Position numbers and translations under genes: made by a program. A stretch of DNA of 64,000 bases. Origin: Rhizaria sp. SCN 62-66. Its lineage: Eukaryota. The notes below the pieces were generated by a model. The model was not told where the DNA came from and made no database searches. It saw nothing but the letters and a program-made list of their open reading frames with translations. Shown in pieces: positions 24,481 through 37,400 of the stretch. Position 1 is the first letter of the stretch, and each line of letters opens with the position of its first letter. Location: contig MEDY01000164.1 of the NCBI GenBank assembly GCA_001724265.1, positions 62,001-126,000 on the forward strand. The letters are read 5' to 3'.

Positions 24481-27400
24481 TTAGACTTGAGCTCCAGTCT
24501 TGTCACCCCAGTCCAAGTCGATACTCAGCCCAGCCTCGCCACCTTCAAGCTCACCATCAGCTTCTTCCTTCGCCGCGCTGCTGCTCTTTTTGCTCTCTGC
24601 CGGGTTAGCCGGGTTACTTGTGAAGCTTGAGTCAAGGGCCATAATATCAGCCAATGCATCATCTAAACCACCGGTTTCATCAACAACAACGTCGTTCGAC
24701 TCTGGAACAGCATTAGGCTCCGCTGCAGCATCAGTCTCAGCCGCTACAGTCGGACCCTCCGTTTCAGCTTCAGCCTCAGGCTTCGCCTCATGCTTGGTCT
24801 CGTCATCCGCGGCCGCAGCCTCGGTCTCCGGCACAGTCTCGCTCTTGCTCTCAGCCTCAGCAGCAGTCGGGTCGTCAGCTGCAGCCGCATCCGTCGGCTT
24901 CGCTTTACTGCTCGCTTTACCACTGGCTTTCGGCGTTGCCGTTGAGCTGCTCTTGCCATGCCCAGCCGCGCTAGACGCAGATGCTGTGTCCTTAGTTTTG
25001 GGGCTCAGCGCCCCCAGCAGTGACGACATGCGGCGGCCGCCTTGTCCGAGCGCCGCCTGCTCACTCTTCGTATTGCTGCTGTTGCTGTTGCTGTTGCTGC
25101 TGCTAAGGTTGGCGTTAATGCCGCCAACGCTACCGCGGGCGGGCGAGATCAAAACACCCCTAGACTTGCTCTCGCTGGTGGTAGATGTGTGTGCGTCAGA
25201 GGCAGCGCAAGCGCTGCTGTTGTCCTTCGCTTGAGCAAAGGAAAGTCCAATCGGCGTTCCGTACTCGTGTCCACTGCACACAAAAAGATCAAAATACAAA
25301 ATTAATCATAGAAATGTGAGCAATTATAACATCAAAACCATGAACAAAAAATAACATGAATGAATGACCAAGAAAACAATAAGTGCATACGATATAGAGA
25401 ATATTATGTCATCAGCAAGCTGCGTTATGAAAGTATGCGATAACGTACCGAGGGAGGACGACGACGGGGAGCTCGTCCCTGGGCAACCGCGGCAGCCCGT
25501 ACTGCTGCCGCGTCCGCGCCACCACAAGCGTGAACTGCGACTGCGCCTGCTGCAACAGCTTCGCGCGCCGCGCCGCCGCAGCAGCAGCAGCAGCCTTGGC
25601 CGCGGCGGCCGACGCAGTGGCAGGGCTGCCCCCGGCGGCCGCGGCGGCGGCGGCGGTCGCGGCAGCGCCAGTCAACATTGTCGCCGCGGCGGTCGTCAAC
25701 ATAGGCACCACGGACCCACCGCCGCCGCTGCCAGCGCCGGCGGCGGCGCCAGGGTCTGATTTGGGCAGCGCGACCGTGGCGGCGACCGCGAGCGCGACCT
25801 TGGAGGGCTTGAGGGTGGCATTCCGGCTCACCATCGCCGCGCCAGCGCTGCTGTTGGTCGCGGCGACGGCCGCGGCGGTGGCGTCACCCGTGCCCGAGCC
25901 CGCCGCGCCCGCTCTGCCGCCGCCGGCGCCGGTGCCAGCCGGAGCCGCGGCGGCGGCGGCGGCGTCGGCGGCGGCGGCGAGCGCTGGGTTGAGTGCGGGG
26001 CCGAACACACCGTCGGTGTGGAAGATGGCGAGCTCTTCGGGAGTCACGACGAGGTCGGGGATGCCCGAGATGAACATCGAGCCAGACAGCGCGCTCGCAG
26101 TCGTGCTGAACGCGCCGCCGCTGCCGCTGCCGCTGCCGCTGCTGCCGACGCCGGCGCTGCCGCTGCTGCTGTGGCCGCTGGTCGGACCGGAGAAGAAGCC
26201 GCTGCTGCTGCCCGCAGCGTGGACGACGCGGGCGCCGCTCTCATTACCATTCGCACCAGGCTGCTGCTGCTGTTGTTGCTGCTGTTGCTGTTGCAATGCG
26301 GTGTTGCCGTTCATGAGGGAGCGGCGGCGGTTGAGACTGTCACTGGCGCCGCCACTGCCGGCGTTTCCGCCAGTGCTCGAGTAGGCGTTCGCGGTCGCAT
26401 TGTTGCTGTTTGAGTCAGCGTCATTGATGCCGGTCGCCGCGGCCACAGCTGACACCGGCAGCGGCGGCGGTGTGTAGGCGTTGCTGCCCCGCAGCACACG
26501 GTCGATGATGCCGGACACGGCGCTCAGCGCAGTCAAACTCGCAGCAGCCGACCCTGCCCGAGCACCACTACTAGTAGCGCCAGCGCCAGCGGTCAACTTG
26601 TTGCTGTTGCCGTCAGTGCTAGCCGAGGCGGGGTTGAGCAACGGCAGACCGCAGCCGATCGTGACGTGCTTGAGCCAGCCGGATACGGTCTCCACAGCGC
26701 TGGGGTCGAAGTTCAGCGTCGGCACCACAAAGCACGAGTTGTGCAGGGACCGGAAAAATGGCTCCACAGCGACGAGGCGGGACCCGTCGAGGAGATCGGT
26801 GGGGCACGCCAGCGCGCGCGCAATGGTGGCCGTGATTGTTGACAGCGGCGCGAGCGGGTCAGCGCGCATCCAGCGGTCGCGGATGTCGTGCAGCCTGACC
26901 ACCTGCGCTGTGCTGCCGCTAGGGTTGTTGATATTACCATTGTTGTTGTTGTTGTTGTATACGGCGAGGGAGCTGGAGCTCGAGGATGGGTTGAGCGAGC
27001 TCGCGCTGCTGCTTGAGTTCATGTCGCCGTTACTGGCCACGCTGTTGCTCGGAGCTGGACGGGCAAACACCATAACTTGCTCTTTCAGCGCGGTTGTAAA
27101 GGACTTGATCTCGAACGCGTGCTGCGAGCGCACAGTGGCCACGAACTCGGTCTCGCAGTTGCCACGGGTTTCCTTCAACAGCAGAGAGTAGTCGCTGGCG
27201 GCGGCGGGGATGGCCGCAAACGTCAGATCTAAGGCGGCGATGAGTGCGTTAAACGCGGTCTCCGTCTTTTGAGGGAAAAACAGACGCAGAGCGTACAGCA
27301 GGAGACCACGCGGGAGACGTTTGGCTGCGTTGCTAAGGAAACCGCCAGTGCTTGACGATGCGGGGCCACTTGCAGAGGAAGCGTCCTTGGAGTCATCCGC

Positions 27401-30400
27401 GTTGGCAGCAGTAGCGGCAGCGGCAGTGTCAGCGTTGCTGGCGCCGCTTGCGTTGTTGCGGGGAGAGCTGACGTCAGCATCCTTGCTGCTGCCGTTGTTG
27501 TTGGCACGGGGCGTGGTAAGCGGGGTCTCGGTGCTGGAGCCGAAGCTGCCGTTACCGCCGTCACCGCTAGCGTTGACAAAGACTGAGCTGTCCGGCAGAG
27601 TTGCGACCACCTGCTTCCGGAGGATGTCAAGGTTCACAAAGAGCAAGTGCAACTGATGCAACATCGCAGCCTAAAGAGTAATTTATCAAAACAGAAAGTC
27701 ATAATGGGAAAAAATGTGAGAGAAAGACGACACAAAAACTGTTGGTGAACATGTATGTCATTCAGGTTTAAAAATAACATTTAAAACTATGCGTTTTGTT
27801 ACGTTTAAAGGTGAAACACGTACCTGGTTGTAGTAGAGCTCCTCTTGGTATTGGCCCGAAAGCACCTTAAGGAAGACATCGCAGTCGCTAAAGGCCTGGT
27901 AGCGGTACGTGGCATCGATCAAATTGTAGCTATAATCAGCCACAATTGACGGCAGCCCGAACTTACCCCTGAGATACATCCCGAAGTAGTCAGCGAAGTT
28001 GAGGTCCAAGTACCCGCGGCGCGTGTCGTGGAGCATCTTGGACCTCCAGACGTCGTAGATAAACTGCTCACAGTCGCGGCGCGCGATGACACGGTGGCGC
28101 ACCTTGCCCGTGATGCGCAGGAACTCGGGAATCGGCGCGTCACGCGTGCCCTGGCCGAGCCCCTGCAGCGTCTTGCTAGCGCCCGCCAGGCGGAATACGA
28201 GCTCAGTGCGCTTCTCTTGCGGCAGCAGGGTGTGGAGGCCCAGGATCGGCGCAGACACAGCGACATCGCCGCCGACGCTGCCGTTGCTGGCCTCGCCGTC
28301 GCCCATGGAGTTGTTCGCGTTCAGCATCGCCAGCGCGTTCGCGGTGCCGTTGCCGGTGCCGCTGCCCATGTTGTTGTTGCCGGCAGAGCGCTGCTGCTGG
28401 CGACTTGTGTTGCCGCCGCCGCCGCCGCCGGCCGTGGGGTTCATCATCAAAGTCAAGCCGCCCGCCTTGAGCGCCTGCACCTCGGATTTGAGCGCGGCGA
28501 CCGTGGCTTTGGTGGCCCTCTGCACGTCAACCGAGAGCACGAGCTGCGCAGAGAGACTGGCCTCATGGGCAGACGCGGCGCGAAGACTGTTGAGCAGCGA
28601 CGTGACGTGAAACTGCGACGACCGGATCTCCTTGACACCGCCGCCAACGACATTACTTGCAGCGACGGTGGAGCTGTTCGTGCGCACAATTGACTGATGG
28701 TGACGGTGGCCGAGATCGCTGCCAGCCACAGTCGTGTTGCCGCTGTCAGCGCCTCTGCCGCCGGAGTGGCCGCCGCCATTGTCGTCCTGTTCTGATGCAA
28801 GCACCAGCGGGGGCACGGTCGCGGGCGCCGCGTAGGACGCCAGTGTGGCGGCCGCGTCGACGTCGCGGTACTCGACGTACAGCGCGCCCCAATCGGGCCG
28901 CGGCGTGAAGGGCCGCAACAACTCCTCGCGTGAGACGCGGAGCCGGGCGATCTCAGCGCGCGCGTCAGCTAGCTCGGCCACCACGGCGGCCTTCTCTTTC
29001 GAGACGCGGCGGCACGAGGCGAGGCCGACAGCGTGGACCTTCTGGGCCGCGAGGAGCTTGTTCGTCAGCGCGGTGCCGCGGGCGACCTCCAGGTGCAGAG
29101 CCTGTGGGAGGAAGCAAGTGAAACAACAAATCAAAAATAAAGGATATAACATGAGTTAGCTCAAAGGAGAAGGTGGTTCCTCACATAGATATAAAAAATT
29201 TCAATTCAAATTAAAGGACAAAAAGTCTAAATCTTCCTATTTTGATTATTTATAAGACGTACTTCGCGGAGCTCGTCGACCTGGTGGAGCATCTCAGCGC
29301 GGCTCGACAGCTTCTCGGTCCGCTCATTGGCGACCTTGAGCTGCTCCTTGAGCTCGCTCTCGTTCACACAGGCGACGATATTCGCCTCACGCGTCGCCGT
29401 GAGCTCGGTGGTCAGCGCTGCGATCTCGGCCTCCAGCTCCTTCACACGCTCCTGCGCCGCCGCCAGGTGCGCGCTGTGGCCGCGCTCGAGCGACCGGGCC
29501 GCCAGCGCGGCACGCTCGGCCGCGGCGGCGGCGGCGGCGCGCGCGTTGGACGCGGTTGCGGCCGCGGAGGACGCTGCGGTGGCGGCATTAGTCTGCTGCG
29601 CCAGAGCCGTGGTCAGAGAGAAGATGAGGTTGGCCTGCTCCAGAACAACGGCGCGCGCGCGTGCGTAGAGCTCGATGTACGAGTAGCAGTCTTGTTGCGG
29701 GGCCGCAGCGTGGCCGTGACCGTGGGCAGCAGAGGTACCGCCGCGGCCGCCGTGAGTACCGCCGGCGTTGGCTTTGCTCTGGATGTTGTTGAGCACCGAG
29801 TTGGGGTCTGGCCGCTGGTGGGACGAGAAGAGCGACGAACGGATGGCAGCGGCGGCCGACTTAAGCGAGTCCGATGCATCGGGGAAGATGGCTTCAAGAT
29901 CTTGCAGCAGGCTGAGCGCCGGGGTGACCGACGAAGTGACTGAGTCCGCCGCCGCAGCGGAGACAGCTGGGCCCAGCGTCGTCGCGGTGTTCGCGATCGC
30001 GGTCAAATCCACAGTCAAATGCACGCCGTTGCCGGAGATCACAACCGGTTCCGTCAAACTCGCACCGGTTTTGCTCGACGTAGCGCTCGAGCTCATGGTG
30101 TTGGAGCTGGAGATGATGTGCGCGGCCGCGGCGGCGTTGCGCGCGACAGCCGCGGGGCCAAACGCAATCTCCTCCGCAGCGGGCACTGCAGGCGGCACAA
30201 GCGCGGCCCTGGCGTGGGCGTCGGTCGTCCGCTGCGCGAATGAGGCGAGGGCGGAGACGAGCGCGGAGCGGAAGGCGGGCGAGCCGGGGTCGCTGGCCGC
30301 GGCGGGCAGCGAGCGCGCGACCGGGGGCGCGGGGCGCGCAAATAACGGGGAGCCGGCGCCGCGCATCGGGTACGCGGCCGCCGCGGCGGTCGCAGCAATG

Positions 30401-30591
30401 ATGGCAGCCGCAGCGGGGGAGGAGGCCGACGCAGAGCTAGAGCCAGCACTGGTGCTGGAACTGGCGCTGCCGATAGCGATTGTGTCGACGGAGTGGAAGG
30501 AGTGGGCCAGCACGGGCTTGCGGAGGGGACCACCGGTGCCCGTAATAGGCGGAAAGGCGCTGGGAACGTCGCCTGCGGGAGTGCGCTTCAT
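24481..30591 (-). CDS. TSNAXIP1: Translin-associated factor X-interacting protein 1-like (ciliary coiled-coil protein), about 1873 aa. Exons 30591-29263, 29101-27824, 27670-25449, 25273-24481
   Basis: Coiled coil followed by FTPRPDW, GLG...IPEFLRITGKVRHRVIARRDCEQFIYDVW, FADYFGMYLRGKFG...YSYNL...FLKVLSG and LRLFFPQK. Three GTACGT...YAG introns join four ORFs in frame; stop is TAA. Confidence 0.8.
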
Positions 30592-31036
30592 CGTGGGAAG
30601 CTAGAGCAGGGGCTGGGGCCCAGCAGTGAATAGCAGAAACGGCTTGCGAGAGTGGAGTGTGGAAAGTTGGTTCCTGCAATAAAGATGATCATAAAGGAGG
30701 ATTGTTGTGAATGTAAAAACAAATCAAAAATCGAATGTTACCATATTAATAGCCTGCTTTCACATGACGGAACTAGAGCGAGTTGTAGTTGATTGAAATA
30801 TCGCTCACAGGAAGGACTTGCCAACGGAAGGGAGCCAGCCGCGACTGTGGGCCCCAGTCCAGCTTGAATTTTTGAACCAAATACTATGCTCATACATCAT
30901 AACCACATCGTTAAACCGGACTGCGGTTGAATTCCCAAACTGAATAACGCGCTTTATCTGTCAAATTTTAATATTTTTTCTCATCATGCTTTCCCTGTCT
31001 CTGCAACTCGCGTTTTGTGTATAGCCCATCTAGCCG
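30592..31036. promoter_or_regulatory. Candidate bidirectional promoter between head-to-head TSNAXIP1-like and SFI1-like genes
   Basis: 445-nt spacer, AT-richer than the exons, between divergent start codons. Confidence 0.5.
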
Positions 31037-31417
31037 ATGGATCCCCGCCCCTACAGCGGCGGGCCACCTGGCTCCCGGGCCGTCCCTCCATTGGCACGCG
31101 GCCAATCCGCGTCCATCCTTGCCCCCACGCGCGGCGGCAGTGGATCCGCGTTGTCTGCGAGGCACGCAAGCTCTTGCGGCTGCGCATGTGCCGGCTATAG
31201 CGCTGCCTCTGGCGCACCACCCTCCTCTGTCTCCTCCGGTGCTGCATCTGCCTTTGGCACAGGCTCTGGCGTTATCTCTGGCCGCCGCTCTGCTGCAACC
31301 AAGTCCGTCCAAGGTATTGCTACATGCAGCTGCTCTTGTCATTCTCTCAGCCGCAATGTTACTGCCATAAGCGGCGACAGTGGTGGCAGTGTCAGTCGCG
31401 AAAACTACTTCCAACCT

Positions 31418-31496
<79 letters not shown>

Positions 31497-34400
31497 CAAC
31501 AACAACAACAACAACAACAACGCGAAGCCAAATGGTAGCAGCAGCAGCAACAACAGCTTGAGCAAGCCTAGTGCGATGCAACTTCCTTTGCCGCCGAGCC
31601 ACCCGTACTACAACAGCAGCAGTGGTGGCAGCAACAGTAGCAGTAGGCACGCCAGCACTAGCAGTGCATTTGCGCCCACTGACGCAAGCAGCTCTCGTGG
31701 CAGCACGGCTTCTGCTGCCGGCGGCTTGACTTTGCACCCTGCGTTGTGCTTAGACGCTCTCCGTGCGTCGCTGGAGTGCCCGTCGGCCACCGTCGCCTCT
31801 GCGTTACGCGCTCAGTCGCAGTTACAGTCTAGCTCGCAGGCAAAGGTGACATCACCAAGCTCGAACACGGATGCAAGCTGCAACCCGTACATTCGCGGTG
31901 GTAGTGCGTACACTTACCCGGCTCGGAGTACTTACATGCAGCCGACTGCAGGCATCGACAGCAACAACCTCAGCTCAAGCTCAAGTGATCACAGCACGCT
32001 CCCCGCTTACACGAACACTGGTAGGAAGACTGCTTCACAGGGCAGAAATGGGCTACCTGTGCTGCTTGATACGACGACGACGGCTAAGGCGGGCTCTGTG
32101 CTGGCTGCAACGGCGAGACAGCCCTCGTACTTTGCAGACGCAGACTCCCCCACTCGTTCAAACAACTACGCTCCAGCGGCACAACCACCGCATCAGCAGC
32201 AACAACAAGCTCCGCTGTCTAAGCGCTCCAATGTAAATCTGAGAACCCCCTTGCAGCATGTGAGTGACCGTGAGACTCAAACTAACAACACTCCTCCCAA
32301 ACAGCAACAACAAGTGGCTGCAAATGCAGATAGCGGCAATAATCGACACAAGGTTGAGTGTCCCAACTGCCTCCGTCTGTGTGTCCCAGCCCCGACCGGC
32401 ATGCCCGCCTCTCAGGCGGTTACTTGCACATCTAAAGGGGGGCGCTCATCATACGCCGACGCTGACGCTGAGGCTGAAGCAGCCGCCGAGGCCGAATATA
32501 ACTACATCGATGGTAACGACGACGAGGAGTATGACATCAGTGTCGATGCCGCTGGCGGCGGCGAGAAGGCTTTGGTGTCGCTGCTGCGTCGGTGTTGCTC
32601 CCCAGTCTGCGCCGCTGCGTTGGCCGCTCTGTGGTCGCGCTGCGACTGGGGCATCGCGCCAGTCGGGGCCTTTGGCGAGCTCCAGCAAGGGAACCTAAGT
32701 CAGGCCGCGCCCGGTGCGAAAAGTCAAGCTGCGTCGGCTAGCGCTGCGGTGCCTGGTGTCGCCCCGACCTCGCTGTCAGCAACTGTTGCCACAACATCCA
32801 CAAATTCGGCGAAAACTAGCCCAAGCTCGAGCTCGAGCTCTAGTCTTGCTTTGCCTCCAGTGACAGTCGGCGAGCTTTTTGCGGAACCGCCCATGCCGCT
32901 TTTCTCGGACACAGTGCCTCTGGAAATCCTTCGTAATCGACTTAGAGTCGCGACTGCTGCGCTGAGCAAGGTGTACGACCACTGCCGCCGCAACGGCCTC
33001 AGCAAGGCAGTGTTGATCGACGGCGTCATTAACAACAACATCGATAGAAACAATAACATCACTGCCAACACTGATGATGCTCAAAGTCAGATGCAGAGTC
33101 CAAGGCAGCACACCGGTGCGTCTTTTGCGGACGCTCGCGGTCAGATTGAGCTCTCGCCCAAGTCGCTGGCGCGGCAGTCGCGCTCGCTGCCACGGTCACG
33201 GCCTTCACACGAGTGGTTACTGCCGCTTGCGCGCAGTGCACTCGGCATTCCCAGTCAAACTATCAGCAACAGCAACACTAGCTCTACAACAGCGAGCAAC
33301 AACAATGCTGACACGTTGAATCCTAAGACGAACGGCGTTCTTGTTGTGAGCAATGGTAGGACTTCGACAGATGCCGCTACGACTCACCGTGTCCGTTTAA
33401 GCAGGCCGTTGGTTCTTGCTCCTCGTGACCAATGGCCGTATACTGATGCTTTCTCACCGCTGGCAACGGTCTGGGGCCGTGACGCGTACTTGCGCCGTCT
33501 AAGTACCCACTTAGATCACGACAGTAAGCAGCTGGCTGGCGTGCCTGTGCCGCGCAAGACGATGCTGCCTCTGACCCCCGCGGTGTTGACAGCAGCGTCG
33601 CTGTTTGCAACGCCGTTGTCACTGTACAAGGCCCGGTCACTGCCCAGCCTTCCGAGCTTCGTCGACGTCACTGACGCTGAATCTCAGTGGACGCAGTCAC
33701 TCTCACCCGAAGAGCAAGCCCAAGAACTGCAAATTGCGCAGGCACAACCGCAGTGTCGATGCCCGCCGCAGCAACAGTCGCCAAGTGCAGTTGAGGTGCA
33801 GCCAGCGCGGACGTTCATGGCTGCGACGCGCTCTGCGACTGCCAAGAAGCGGTGTTTGTGCGGCGGTAGCGGCTTAGCTTCCCCGTGCCAGCCAGGCGGC
33901 TTAACTTCCCCCTGCCAAGGCGGCCTGGGTTCCGCGGCCAATCGTCGCCCTTTCATTGCAGGCTCTCTCTCCTCGTCCTCCCTCTGTCCTTGCTCGAGCG
34001 CTGGCGGCGCTAGCCCAGCTGCGTGTGGCAATGTCACGAGTCTCGATGGCAGTCTCTGCGGCTGCAGTGCCGGCCCTAGCCACAGTCAAATCACGGCTAC
34101 CCGCCGCGGTTGCGGCACCGGCCCCACTGTCACCACCACTGCGCCGATCGCGCGCGCGATGGGCTGGCGGAAGGGAAAAGGATTACTTCCCAAGGACTGC
34201 GCCGAACTTGAAGCCGAGGACGTTGCTCGTCGAAGTAGCAGCAGTGCTAACGGTGGCAGCAGCCCCAATAGTATCGAGGCGGGGGAAGTTGAGGCCGCGC
34301 GCCAGCGGTGGCTTACTGCCCTCGCAAACGCGACTGCTGCGAACGGCGGCAAGTCATCCGCCGAGCAGAAGTTAAGCCGCCACGTGAACAACAACGCTGC

Positions 34401-37400
34401 CCACAGTCACCGCGACTGCGCGTGTGTGAAGCGTCACTGCATCACTGACCACTTACACTCTGCCGCGCAAACAGGTCTAAGTAGTATGATCACAAAAACG
34501 TGTTCGTGCACTAACCCTGGTCTTTTAAGTCCCTTGTCATCACCCGCAGCGATGAACTTCGCCCCCGCCGCCGCCAGCATCCGCGCCGCGCGCGTTGCCT
34601 GGCTTTCCCTCGCGCGCGCCCAGTCCGAGGCGCGTGCACTCGCCCGCTGCCGCGCGCACGCACGCCGCGTCGCGCACTTGCGCGAGGCGTACGCCGCCGC
34701 CGCTGCTGCGGCCGCCGCGCGCGCCGCCGCTGCCGAGCGCGCGCAGCTCGTTGCCGCCGCCGCGCTGGCCGAGGCGCGTGTCATCGCGCTGACGCAGGAG
34801 CTGCGCGCGCACACGCACGCGCGGCGGCTGCACTGGACCGTCGCGCGGTGCGCTTGGCGGTGGCGCGCGGTTGCACGGCGCAACACACTGCGCAGCACGC
34901 TCGCCGTTTGGGTGCACTCAGCGCAGGTCGCCAAGGACGCGCTGGCCGTGATGACGCGGTTCGCGGGGAAGTTTGCTGACCTGCGCAGTGCGTACCGCGC
35001 GTGGCGGCGGCGGCGCGTGGTGCTGGCGTGGCAGCGGTGGCACTCCAAGGCGGCGACACTCTTCGGGGGGCACGGCGGTTTGACTTCGTACGCCGAACGG
35101 GGAGGTGCGCTGGGGCAGCAGCAACGGGCCGAGCTGGCCGTCGAGCTCGACAAACACGCGCTACTGTCGCAAGCGTGGGCTGTCATGCGGACTCGCTGGC
35201 GCAAAGTGAGGCCGCGTGTTGCACGAGCGCGCGATAACGCAGCTTTGACTCGGAATCAGACTCGGAGTTTGACTGGCGCTGCAGAGAGGGCTGAGGCTGA
35301 GGCTGAGGTGAAGACTCAGGCTGCTGTTGCTGCACTGGCAGGTGTGAGTGCCGCCGGTAAGATTATCGAGTCTAGGCGGGACGGCTGGAGACTAAGGGGT
35401 GCGTTCAACCATCTAAGGGGGTTGATCGGCGTGCTTCGGCCCGGTCTAAGCGCACAAGCGCCCGTTACAGCACCCGGCGGCCCCGCGCTTCGTCTCACGG
35501 CCAACAACACTGGCCCTAACACTCCTGCTGATGACGGTGACGACGCTATTGATCTCGACACACGTCATGGGCAACGCATTGGCAATCAGCGCGTTATGAG
35601 TCGCCTTGGTCGGTACAGTGCGCACACGGTCTCTGTTGCTGGCGTAGTTGCGCTATTCCAAGCGCGTGGTGTGCTGCCTCCGACAATTGACAGTGCAAAC
35701 GCCGCGAGAGTAACTAGTTCGACTGCATATAGCGCTGATGCGGACACGGAGACAACTCGTGAAGCAGTCGGTCGCTATCTCACTTACCACGCCTCGCTAG
35801 ACTTAGGCAGCAACGGCAACAATCACCGCATCTATGACGACGACACTGACGACGACGGTGTCGACGGCGATGACGTGGAGTACCACCTTCGCCGCCGCTC
35901 TGCGCCTGCGCCTTCTCGCAGCGCCTCTCGTGGCAGTCGTTCTGCTGTCTCGAAGCTAGACCCAGACCAGTCCCGCCTTGTCACCGCAGCACTCTACGCC
36001 CGCGCGCGCGCTCTCTTCACCCACCTCCGCGCGTGGCGCAACCACTACCGCCTGACAGTTGCCCTCCCGCGCCTGCGCCGCACGCTCGCGCTTACCTCCG
36101 CCTTCACCGTCTGGCGCCGCCGCGCCACGGCTGGCCGTCTCGCGGCCGCCAAGGCCGCGCTCGCGGCCGCCGCAGCGTTCAAGAAGTGGCGCAAAGTCGC
36201 CTCGCTGGCCCGCCAGCGCGCGCGTGCCGTGGAGGCCTGTCTCGCGACCGTGGCTAACAGAGCGCGCGCGCTCGTGCTCGAACAGTGGCGACTGCGCATC
36301 GCCGAGTCGCGCGCGCAGGACGCGTCGCTGTCGGCGCGGCTGCGGGCTGCGGTGAAGCTCTGGCGCAGGCATGCGGTACAGCAGGCGCAGGTGCACTCGA
36401 AGAAGATGCGCGTCATCCGGCTAAAGTCAGCGCTTGCGACTTTTCGACACAACTCCGCTTTCTGCACGGAGCTCCGCGCTTTTACTGCACAGCGGCTTGT
36501 GCACTCCAAGGCTGCGACCACGCACAGTGTGTTTACGAACTGGCGTAAGCTGGCGCTCGCTGCCAAGCACCACCGAATCACCAGGTTACGCGACGCCTTC
36601 CGTCGCTACCGCGATACAACGGCGGCGCTCGCAGCCACGACGGCCACGGCCACGGAGAAGCTGACTCGCATGCGCCTCGTCGCTGCGGTCAAGAACTGGC
36701 AGCGGCGCGCCAAGAGGACCGCCGCGGACAACTCCACCGTCGCCCGCGCGCGCTCGACCCTCCGCGGCCCGCTGCTGCTGCAGAAGCAGACGTTCAAGCA
36801 CTGGGCGGCGCTCGCGGCCGCAGCGACCGCTGCGCACACCGCGGCCCTGCGCCGCCGCGTCATCGCATCCGCGGCGCTCGCGGTCTGGCGCCGCCGCGCC
36901 GCCGCCGTGCGCGCCGCCGCGCTGGAGCGCGAGACCGAGGGCGCGGCGCGGCTGCGCGCGGTCTGGCGCGCGTGGCGCGAATCGCACGCCGCGCGCCGCC
37001 GCGTCGACCGCATCGGCGTGCGCGTCGCCGCGGTGACCGAGCGCAACACACTGGCGGACGCGCTCCGCAGCTGGGTCGCGGTCAAGGCGGGCCGCGAGCG
37101 ACAGCGACGCGAGGGCTTCCGCCGTTGGCGCCGCGCTGCGTGGACCCAGGCGGCCAACCGCACCGCGGCCACGTACGCGCAGTCACGGGTACGCGCGGAC
37201 GCGTGGGTGCAGTGGCGCGCGTTTGTGCAGCGGCTGGGTGATCTAAGTCAGGCCGCGGCTGCGCACACCCGCGCGCGCGCACTGCGGACGCTGGCGGGGT
37301 GCTTCGTGCACTGGCGCCGCGTGCGCAGTGACCGTGAGCAGGCCCGCGTCGACGATGACGCGATCGCGCATTTCCAGGGCGTCACCGCGCCGCGCAACGC

